Below, piece after piece: positions 9,480 to 17,505 of a stretch of 64,000 bases of DNA (position 1 is its first letter; every line of letters starts with the position of its first letter). The translations under genes and the position numbers were made by a program. The stretch lies in assembly GCA_038106355.1 (NCBI GenBank), contig JAYODQ010000005.1, positions 9,301 through 73,300 of the forward strand, in the 5' to 3' direction. Source of the DNA: Candidatus Poseidoniales archaeon. GTDB lineage: Archaea > Thermoplasmatota > Poseidoniia > Poseidoniales > Poseidoniaceae. The notes under the pieces are model-generated. The model was not told the DNA's origin and did not search any database. It worked only from the letters and a program-made list of their open reading frames with translations.

Positions 9480-11228
9480 ATGAACAAGTGCATTCAGGGT
9501 TGCATGAAGATGTCGTGGGAACCGGATGCAACGACCTTAGACGAATTGCGTCACTTCGCAATTCAAAATGCCATCGAATACAATGGGAAAGCGAATGCAA
9601 AGTCAGTCATTGGCCGAGTTCTATCAACTCGTGCTGACCTTCGAAATCATGCAAAAGAAATCACTTCGATTATCTCCGACGAGGTCGAAAAGGCGAATAG
9701 TTTGGCGTCATCATCGGGATTAGAGACGTTAACGAAAATCTTGGAAATAGAGGCACCTCACTTGCTTGAAGCACGTGAAAAACAAGAACGCCGAAGTGGC
9801 CTACCCGACCTACCAAACGCGACCAAAGGAAAGGTCGTGCTTCGATTTGCGCCGAACCCGAATGGTCCACTTTCTGTTGGGCACGCAAGAGGCTTGGTCA
9901 TCAACGGCACCTATCGTGACATGTATGAAGGCGAATTGATTTTACGATTTGATGATACAGACACCAGCGTCAAACCTCCAATGATTGAGGCTTATGCACA
10001 AATAGAACAAGAAACCAAATGGCTTACGGGCAAGGCTCCTGAACGAGTCATCATCGCTAGTGACCGGATGGAAACTTATTACCAGTATGCGGAAAAGATG
10101 CTTCTTCAAGGATTTGGATATGTTTGTTCATGTTCAGCTGAAACCTTCAAGGAATTTCGAGAGCAGCAGCAGAATTGTCCTTGTCGATCACGATTGCCAA
10201 CCGAGAACATCTTGTTGTGGCAACAAATGCTTCATGGCGAATTCAAACCCGGTGATGTCGTCGTACGAGTAAAAACCGAAATGGCGCTCAAGAATCCAGC
10301 CTTAAGGGACTGGCCAGCACTTCGGCTCCAAGATACAGATACTCACCCTCACCCGCGACCGGAAATAGGCTCGAGGTACAAGGTTTGGCCACTGCTCGAT
10401 TTTCAGAGTGCAATTGAAGACCACCTTCAAGGAGTAACTCATATCATTCGTGGAAAAGACCTCATGGATTCAACCCGAAAACAGACCCTTCTTTACGAGC
10501 ATTTTGGATGGAAGTATCCCGAAACATTGTATTGGGGACGTGTAAAAATTCACGAATGGGGCGGTTTTTCGACATCTGCGATTCGAACTTCGATTGAAGA
10601 AGGCCGATATTCTTCATGGGATGACGTTCGGTTACCAACAATTTCTGGAATCAAAAACCGTGGCATTACAGCAGAGGCACTCCGATTGTTTTGGCTCGAG
10701 CTTGGCATCACGCAAAAAGATATTTCAGTACCACTTGCAACACTTTTTGCTCACAACACAAAAACTGTGGATTACACTGCACCTCGTTTAACATTCGTTC
10801 GAAATCCAATGCAATTTTCATTTTCGGAACACATCGAGACACTCTCATTTCCACGTCACCCAAACAACAAAAATTTAGGCAAAAGAACTTGGCCAATGGT
10901 AAAGAAATCTGTGTTCATCGAAAAGGAAGATGCAGAAAAGCATTCCACATTGAGACTGAAAGAATGTGCAGATGTCAACATCAGTGGTGCGGAAATACGT
11001 TTTCTTGAAACCAATCATAATCACGAGAAATTGCCAATTGTCCATTGGTTGCCCGAGGATGTAAGTTGCGATTGCACCCTTCTCTATTCCAAAGACGATG
11101 AAATCCACGCCATCATGGGAAAGTCTGAGCGACACGAGTTCCCTTCGGGAACAATTGTACAACTTGAAAGGATTGGATATGCAAAAGTTGTGGATGATTC
11201 AACTTTCTTTTTATCGTATGAAGATTAG
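9480..11228 (+). CDS. gltX: Glutamate--tRNA ligase (archaeal/eukaryal-type GluRS)
   Basis: VLRFAPNPNGPLSVGHARG (HIGH-region equivalent), LRFDDTD, THIIRGKDL. ~570-580 aa. The true start may be M9 or M11 (9504/9510). Confidence 0.9.
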   Translation: MNKCIQGCMKMSWEPDATTLDELRHFAIQNAIEYNGKANAKSVIGRVLSTRADLRNHAKEITSIISDEVEKANSLASSSGLETLTKILEIEAPHLLEAREKQERRSGLPDLPNATKGKVVLRFAPNPNGPLSVGHARGLVINGTYRDMYEGELILRFDDTDTSVKPPMIEAYAQIEQETKWLTGKAPERVIIASDRMETYYQYAEKMLLQGFGYVCSCSAETFKEFREQQQNCPCRSRLPTENILLWQQMLHGEFKPGDVVVRVKTEMALKNPALRDWPALRLQDTDTHPHPRPEIGSRYKVWPLLDFQSAIEDHLQGVTHIIRGKDLMDSTRKQTLLYEHFGWKYPETLYWGRVKIHEWGGFSTSAIRTSIEEGRYSSWDDVRLPTISGIKNRGITAEALRLFWLELGITQKDISVPLATLFAHNTKTVDYTAPRLTFVRNPMQFSFSEHIETLSFPRHPNNKNLGKRTWPMVKKSVFIEKEDAEKHSTLRLKECADVNISGAEIRFLETNHNHEKLPIVHWLPEDVSCDCTLLYSKDDEIHAIMGKSERHEFPSGTIVQLERIGYAKVVDDSTFFLSYED

Positions 11229-11268
11229 GGGTATGAAACCTCATTAACAACAACGGATATCGCCTGCC

Positions 11269-11679
11269 ATGGTAAGCACGGTGGGTGACCTTAAACTCGA
11301 TGATGAACATTCAACCATTGGACTTGAAGATAGCCTTCAAGAAGGGGCGAAACGATTGATGTCAGTCCAAAATGGAATTTTAGTCGTATTAGACAACGAC
11401 AACCATGTCAAAGGCGTCCTTGGAACGAAACAGTTTCTCAAAGCATTCGCCGATGGAAAAAGTTCGACGAACGAAAAATGCATGAGCCACATGGAAATGG
11501 ATTTTCTCCTTGTTCATGTGTCCGAAAAACTCGATTCTGTTCTTGAAAAAATCAAGGCACGGAAGCCACAAGCCGTGGTAGCTGTGGATGATGATGATTC
11601 ATTTGTGGGGTATTTTTCACCTGGCGATTATCAAGAAGCTCAAAATTTGGTTTCAAATTTGAAGCATTTACGATTATAA
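11269..11679 (+). CDS. CBS-domain pair protein
   Basis: 136 aa with two CBS-like units (GILVVLDNDNHVKGVLG... and AVVAVDDDDSFVGYFSPGD). Confidence 0.65.
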   Translation: MVSTVGDLKLDDEHSTIGLEDSLQEGAKRLMSVQNGILVVLDNDNHVKGVLGTKQFLKAFADGKSSTNEKCMSHMEMDFLLVHVSEKLDSVLEKIKARKPQAVVAVDDDDSFVGYFSPGDYQEAQNLVSNLKHLRL

Positions 11680-11680
11680 T

Positions 11681-13696
11681 TCAAGCGACCAATTTGATTG
11701 TTTTTTGGCATCCGGAACAGGAAAAACGGTGTGGCCGTTCGTCAGTAGTAACTGCATTCAATGTTTGACATGCGGGGCATGGAATCTTTGGGAACGTAGC
11801 TGCCGCTTGAATCAGCGAAGGATCTCTGGGACTGAAAATTGCAGTGATCCACCAAATCAACACGATAAGGGCAACGCTGACCCCGATGAAAAGCGGAGGG
11901 TAAGCAAAAATATACACAAGTAATGCAAGTGGCATTAAAATGAGTTCAGCCATGAGTACGTTCTTTCGTCGATAGGCTGATATTTTGAGAGCGATGTAAA
12001 AAGCACCGACAAATGAAACAAGAAGTAAGAGCCCTAGGATAAACGGTGAATAACCGAGTGAGGTGGTAGGTATAGACGAGAGCGTAAAACTTTCATCCTG
12101 TTCAATTCCATTTCCCTTGAGGATGATGGTATCGTAAAATGGTGTCCGAATCGTTTGCAAATCGAAGGCATCAGATTGTGATAACTTTGTACTCGTTAAA
12201 CCGGTCATCATCGAGGTTGAAATTTCAAGTTGAAGGTCAAATCCACTCCAAATTTTTGCAGGCTGAACCACCACAAAGTCACGTATGAAATCGTATCGTT
12301 CTTGGTCTTGTACATGCTCCACAGTTGTGAACGTGAGTGTGACAGGATGTGGTTTCACCGCATTTTCGCCATGCAAATCCAACGAGATATCAATTGCATC
12401 AAAATCTTTGAAATCCCCAACCAACTCTTTTGAATCAAGACCTAATCCCTGTGTGAGGTACATCGTTCCTAAATTTACGAGTTGGCGCTCAAATTCACCT
12501 ATCTCGACAGGTTCGATAAACCGACTTACACGGTCATCCTCGGTTACCCCACCTGCGTTGAATGCACGTAGTGCAGAAGAATGAGCAGGGTTGTCGTCTC
12601 CGATGTGGTCAAGGCCCCAACGCATCCAAAATGCCATTTCATCGTAAATGGTTAATTCTGTCGATTTCTCTAAAACAATACCACTTGAATCAGAAGTAAT
12701 CTCTGTTCGAATATCTACATTCAAACGACTACCCACTCCGTTGGTTCGCAGTGGTTCATCTGGAGGGTAATATGTTCCAGTGCCACCTCCTGTGTCGGTC
12801 GTGGTCACTTCAATCGATGTTGAGCCTTGCATTGCTGGCCGCCCTTCTTGGAACACCAATCGTATTTCGACATTGATGATTTCAGTTCCGCCACTCGCCT
12901 CAGTCCAAGTCCATGTGACCCGGATGAGGTCACCGCTGCCTGTTTCGATTGGGTCACCCGTCACAATTGCTCCATTGACAAACAACTCAACTGAATCGGT
13001 CAATGCCAGGGTTGACATACCATACGGAGATTCCAGTGAAATCGGTATGTACACATCTTTACCCTCGATTTCAGGTTCGATGAGGTGAATATCGACAAGG
13101 GGTATCGTTGCTTCTAGGGAAGAGTCATACTCCTCCGTACCCCACTTGAAAACGAGTTCTGAATCACTAGTTGGCACTTGAAACACGATGGCTTGGGCTG
13201 CTAATTCAATTTCAATTGTATTTGACGCAGATACCAAAAAGGAGTCCACCTCGATTTCAAAATTGAGAACCCCCTCTCCTTGAGAAAGGAACGAGTTTCC
13301 CGGAGTTGTGGCAGCGCTAAAACTCTTCGAACCAATTCGAACGGTTGCAGTTGCATTGATTTGAGCTCCACCTGCTTCACTGAGTTCGTAATTGATACCG
13401 AAACTCCATGTAGAATCGGGTACAGTTCCTGCCCAAACGTTATCGAGAGTCCAAATTCCGATTGATTCTTGAGATGCAATCGTGGTAGAGATAGAGGTGG
13501 TCTGCACTTCATCACCCATCTCTTGAAAGAATGGAGTGAGTTTTTTACTGCTTTGACTTCCAATCAAATACAAATCAACGGTAGAAGCATCACAACAAAT
13601 GAGAATGTCATCCTCGCCTTGAGCAATCACGCTATTTTGGGATGGGATGGAGAGAAATATGAACAGCAAAACCATGAAGAGAGCCACTTTCTTCAT
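11681..13696 (-). CDS. Surface protein with signal peptide, three C-terminal TM helices and a cytoplasmic zinc ribbon
   Basis: The start MKKVALFMVLLFIFLSIPS (ATG 13696) is preferred over the track start at 13729. A large Thr/Ser-rich ectodomain is followed by 3 hydrophobic helices. The protein ends CPACQ-x16-CSGCQ. Confidence 0.6.
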   Translation of the reverse strand: MKKVALFMVLLFIFLSIPSQNSVIAQGEDDILICCDASTVDLYLIGSQSSKKLTPFFQEMGDEVQTTSISTTIASQESIGIWTLDNVWAGTVPDSTWSFGINYELSEAGGAQINATATVRIGSKSFSAATTPGNSFLSQGEGVLNFEIEVDSFLVSASNTIEIELAAQAIVFQVPTSDSELVFKWGTEEYDSSLEATIPLVDIHLIEPEIEGKDVYIPISLESPYGMSTLALTDSVELFVNGAIVTGDPIETGSGDLIRVTWTWTEASGGTEIINVEIRLVFQEGRPAMQGSTSIEVTTTDTGGGTGTYYPPDEPLRTNGVGSRLNVDIRTEITSDSSGIVLEKSTELTIYDEMAFWMRWGLDHIGDDNPAHSSALRAFNAGGVTEDDRVSRFIEPVEIGEFERQLVNLGTMYLTQGLGLDSKELVGDFKDFDAIDISLDLHGENAVKPHPVTLTFTTVEHVQDQERYDFIRDFVVVQPAKIWSGFDLQLEISTSMMTGLTSTKLSQSDAFDLQTIRTPFYDTIILKGNGIEQDESFTLSSIPTTSLGYSPFILGLLLLVSFVGAFYIALKISAYRRKNVLMAELILMPLALLVYIFAYPPLFIGVSVALIVLIWWITAIFSPRDPSLIQAAATFPKIPCPACQTLNAVTTDERPHRFSCSGCQKTIKLVA

Positions 13697-13766
13697 ATTT
13701 TTCCCGACCCACCGATGATACACTATCACTTAAGGGAAACTGTATAATGCATGTTCAACATTGACT

Positions 13767-14117
13767 TTAGAGTGCTTTTTCGAGCAATGCACCGAGTTCT
13801 TTTTCAAACAATGTGACAATGGCATCCCCAACTTCACCTTGCAATTCATCGGGCAACAATCGCAATCCAAGTCGAGTTGCAGCTCTCGTCGCTTTCAATT
13901 CTGCATAGATGCTTCTTGCTTTTGAATGGAAGTAATAAGCAACCGCTTCCTTGATTTCTTGCTTTAATTCTGGGTCGTCTTCAATTTTTGAACGCACATG
14001 AGCCTTTAATTCATCCTTCACAAGGTCGCGAAATGCCTCGATAACGAGGTCTTCTGTCGAAAGAAGATCTTTCAATTGGGATTGAATGCTTCCTGTGAGT
14101 AATCGTTCAATGGCCAT
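13767..14117 (-). CDS. Hypothetical small helical protein
   Basis: 116-aa ORF with charged, helical-looking composition. Co-directional with the upstream gene and 37 nt downstream of it. Confidence 0.45.
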   Translation of the reverse strand: MAIERLLTGSIQSQLKDLLSTEDLVIEAFRDLVKDELKAHVRSKIEDDPELKQEIKEAVAYYFHSKARSIYAELKATRAATRLGLRLLPDELQGEVGDAIVTLFEKELGALLEKAL

Positions 14118-14154
14118 GATGACCCGAAGAGTTCGATGGTTTCAAACCCTCGCA

Positions 14155-15075
14155 TTATGGATTCGGAAGTTTGGCATGGGTCAAAACTTCATCTGCGTAT
14201 TTCGACGCAAGCAATTTTGCAGAATTTTGGTCGCTTGGCCAACCACGTTTTATTCGGAATATGGAACTGGCTGTATCGATTTCATTTTCTCCAATCAGCA
14301 CTCTATGCCAAATTAACTCCTCAAATCGTGCCGTCGATACATGTTCATTCCCTATACCCAGAAGTGCAAATTCCGATAATGATTCACATCGTTGTTCATA
14401 GTTCATTTCGCTCCAACGTTCTGAAAGTCTTTTGAGCATTCGAGGTGATAGTTCGGGTAACATATCAATCACCGGGTTCTGCACTTCCGGTAATGGAACC
14501 ACACGGATTGAGCCTTCTTCTTGGAGATGATTCCGAACAAGTGTGTACATCCCATCAATGGTGTTGTCCATGACAGCCCTACTCCATAATCCCAATCCAC
14601 AGAATGGCCGAACGGCCCTCGTTTTCTTGCCATTCGGTGCAAGCAAAGATGCGAGGAGACTTGTTACAAAGACGATATCCAAGGATGAGGTTCGGTTTTT
14701 TTGTGAATTCTTGAATTCAAGTTCCAGTTCAACAGGTTGAAGATACACAACCTTGTTATCAAACTCGATATGCTCTACCCGAACGTGTTCAGACTCAACA
14801 TCCAAGACAATTGATAATCCCATAAATTCTGGAACAGTAATCCGTTGTTCATCCCTTGGTTGGTGAACTTTTGAATGGACAAATCTTCGGCTGAAGGATT
14901 TTTTGGTGTCAAGAAAAGCAGCCTCCAAAGGAACTGTTGAAAGAAGCCCTTCAAGGGTCGCTGGCACGAGGATACGAATGTTATCAGCAGTCTGTATATG
15001 CGATGCAAGTCCTTCGAACCAATCTTTTAGAGGATTGAGTGGTTCGATTTGAAAGAACGACTTCATATCTCTCAT
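14155..15075 (-). CDS. Hypothetical protein; possibly a degenerate DHH/DHHA1 (RecJ/Cdc45-like) protein
   Basis: 306 aa, starting 51 nt downstream of rps15 on the same strand. NIRILVPATLEGLLSTVPLEAAF sits where DHH motif I (H..D.DG..S) would be. LLGIGNEHVSTARF resembles a decayed DHHA1 GGGH..AAG motif. The functional assignment is speculative. Confidence 0.5.
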   Translation of the reverse strand: MRDMKSFFQIEPLNPLKDWFEGLASHIQTADNIRILVPATLEGLLSTVPLEAAFLDTKKSFSRRFVHSKVHQPRDEQRITVPEFMGLSIVLDVESEHVRVEHIEFDNKVVYLQPVELELEFKNSQKNRTSSLDIVFVTSLLASLLAPNGKKTRAVRPFCGLGLWSRAVMDNTIDGMYTLVRNHLQEEGSIRVVPLPEVQNPVIDMLPELSPRMLKRLSERWSEMNYEQRCESLSEFALLGIGNEHVSTARFEELIWHRVLIGENEIDTASSIFRIKRGWPSDQNSAKLLASKYADEVLTHAKLPNP

Positions 15076-15126
15076 TGATACCTAGAATCAACTCTACATG
15101 AAGTTGACTGTGTTCTAAGGTGAAAT

Positions 15127-15588
15127 CTATTCAACCATCAATCGAAGTTCGTCTCTCTTGTATCTCCAATCTTCAGGAAGGCGACCTGATTTCTTGTAAT
15201 AGTTTGCGAGTCGGCGGATTTTCCCTTCAGTCAACTCAAGTGCTCGCTTGTTGTGCAAATCTTTGTGATTGCGACCAGTTCCCAAATGGTTAATGATTCT
15301 GACAGCTTGTTTCATAAGATTCATCATATCTTCGGGGTACTTCTTTTGAGCCCCTTGTTCGAGCAAAATCTGACCGACGCGCTTACCTGTGACGAGACGA
15401 ACACTTGGAACCGCATATTGATCTCGTAGTATTGTGCCGATTTCTGCAGTTGAGTGACCCGACTTTGCCAAGTCAAGAATAGTGGACTCGATGGAAGCCT
15501 TGTCGGTATTTGACCACGAAGGCGCCTCAGATACTTGTGGTCGAGTGGAGCCACTCTTTCCTTTTCGAGAGGAGTACATTCGTGCCAT
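15127..15588 (-). CDS. rps15: 30S ribosomal protein uS15 (archaeal S15P / eukaryal S13e type)
   Basis: 153 aa. MARMYSSRKGKSGSTRP..., ...HLGTGRNHKDLHNKRALELTEGKIRRLANYYK... Confidence 0.95.
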   Translation of the reverse strand: MARMYSSRKGKSGSTRPQVSEAPSWSNTDKASIESTILDLAKSGHSTAEIGTILRDQYAVPSVRLVTGKRVGQILLEQGAQKKYPEDMMNLMKQAVRIINHLGTGRNHKDLHNKRALELTEGKIRRLANYYKKSGRLPEDWRYKRDELRLMVE

Positions 15589-15655
15589 TCACAGTCCCCG
15601 AGCAACTCTCCGAAAAAACACCCCTTCTTAATCACTTTGATAGTCTAGGTGGGTG

Positions 15656-17422
15656 CTATTTCTTCTGATGTAGTTTTGCAAGCACTCCAATTCCATTGTT
15701 CCATTCCCATCCTGGTGCAACAACACGGGCAATACCAATGGCAATATTTTCCTTGTACACAAGGACATCGTCGTTTTTCCTTAGGTCCACATCATAGGAT
15801 TCTACCATGTGTGGAAAAATATCGCCATTCCAGTTAACATTTGGTAGTAACTGGACACGTGGTAAGGCATTGTGTTGATGCAAAAGATCAATGGCGGCTT
15901 TTGAAAACGAGAACGCATTTCTATCAATGGACCAAATTGCAATCTGTTGACCATTATGCTCAATTCTCCAACGTGGTGGTTTGCCACGAATTACACAATC
16001 ATCTAACCAAGAGGAGGACTTCATGATTTTGTCTGCAATGGCTTGAAAGCGATTCATCAATGCCTTGCTAGCTTTTGTCCTACCTACACCAAATTCTTTG
16101 ATAGCGTTTTGGACCGCTTCATCCAAATGTTTCAATGCTTGTGATGATAATGCTCCAAATCCGTTTCTGGTCGAAATGACATGTTCATGAAGATGGTTGA
16201 TATCGATGGTGGAATGATTAATAATCATCTGAAACGAATGCCTTTCTAAAAAAGATTTCAATACGTTTTGAATTCGAAGAATTTCATCTTGAGTCCATGT
16301 GCCTGTGACCGGGATGTCGTAATGAGAGGCTGGCCAAACATCCTCTAAGGATCGAGGTACAATGCCAAGTGGAGAGGTGACCATGAGGTGCTCAATGTCA
16401 TAATGGCCCAAAATATCGAGAAATTTAGCATGAGATTTTGAAAGGCGATATGGTTTTCGCTCTGAACAAGGTAACAACACAAGGACCTTACTCAATTTTG
16501 GCTGACTCTTATATTGGCGCGAGATATAATCGACCCAATCGTGGATGAGTGGGTCTGAAAACGACTGAAATGAATAACAACGAAAGCGGTCTTCTGCATT
16601 CATGTGTCGCTCTAGAAATCCTGGCTCATCGAGTGTTATTTCTTTGTGAAATCTCAAATGTTCAACAAGTCGAGGGCTGTTCAATGCTTGCTGTTCTGCG
16701 AGTTCGCGCAAGGTTCCCAACTGAAACGCCGAATGAACTTCTTGTTTTGCTAATTGCCAATGCATGAGTTGCTGATCAAACGAATAATCTTGTGATGAAG
16801 CACATTGAAGAACTCCATTCATTGTCAAATACATCTTTTCAACTGCAGCTTCACGAGACCTTGCTAAATCAAAAAGGTCGACACCCAACCAAGTAAGTAC
16901 TGCAATATTGTCTGGGCCACCAATTGCTGGTGCCCAGAGCAAAGCACTTGGAAACGCTTTTTTTATCGCAAGAATTGCTCGAACGAGTTTATCGCCTTGT
17001 TGGGCAAGTTGCAGTGCATCGGTTAATACTACAATTTCAGGCGGCGATTCTAAATTTGTCAAACTTTGGTCATGGTGCAACCGTTGCCATGACACGGGTA
17101 AGAGAACCGATGTGCTTGCTTTTTCTCCTGCATCTGCGTTATCGAGTGAAGGTGGCAACACGTGACCGATATTTGCATGAAAATTTGGGCCAGCAACATC
17201 GAAATTTGGAGGTTCCAATGGAAGAAGTGACCGAATGGTCATTTCGCGTGGCAAGGTATTGCTTGTGGAGGATACAAATGGTGCAACATCGGATGGTAGG
17301 TCTTCAACATCGGTTTGAATGAGGCATGGTGTTGTCACAACGGGATTTCTCCTATCACCTAGGCCAAGACAACGTGCAAAGCGGTCTCGGTGTAGAACCA
17401 CTTTACCAATTCCACCAGCCAT
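15656..17422 (-). CDS. arcS: Archaeosine synthase (ArcS)
   Basis: 588 aa. LLPCSERKPYRLSKSH matches the ArcS PC-X3-KPY-X2-S-X2-H signature exactly. TGT-like N-terminal region and a PUA-like C-terminus (DDVLVYKENIAIGIARVV). Confidence 0.85.
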   Translation of the reverse strand: MAGGIGKVVLHRDRFARCLGLGDRRNPVVTTPCLIQTDVEDLPSDVAPFVSSTSNTLPREMTIRSLLPLEPPNFDVAGPNFHANIGHVLPPSLDNADAGEKASTSVLLPVSWQRLHHDQSLTNLESPPEIVVLTDALQLAQQGDKLVRAILAIKKAFPSALLWAPAIGGPDNIAVLTWLGVDLFDLARSREAAVEKMYLTMNGVLQCASSQDYSFDQQLMHWQLAKQEVHSAFQLGTLRELAEQQALNSPRLVEHLRFHKEITLDEPGFLERHMNAEDRFRCYSFQSFSDPLIHDWVDYISRQYKSQPKLSKVLVLLPCSERKPYRLSKSHAKFLDILGHYDIEHLMVTSPLGIVPRSLEDVWPASHYDIPVTGTWTQDEILRIQNVLKSFLERHSFQMIINHSTIDINHLHEHVISTRNGFGALSSQALKHLDEAVQNAIKEFGVGRTKASKALMNRFQAIADKIMKSSSWLDDCVIRGKPPRWRIEHNGQQIAIWSIDRNAFSFSKAAIDLLHQHNALPRVQLLPNVNWNGDIFPHMVESYDVDLRKNDDVLVYKENIAIGIARVVAPGWEWNNGIGVLAKLHQKK

Positions 17423-17505
17423 ACCTCGTCGGAAGCACTCGCCTTATTGAACAATTTGAACGATTTGAGGGCAGATTTTGAAAACCAGCATCACGAGGGC
17501 CCCCC

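Noticed and set aside
9269-9637. 122-aa plus-strand ORF bridging the rnhB end and the gltX start
   Set aside because: It overlaps two well-supported genes in other frames and has Cys/His-rich composition with no motifs.
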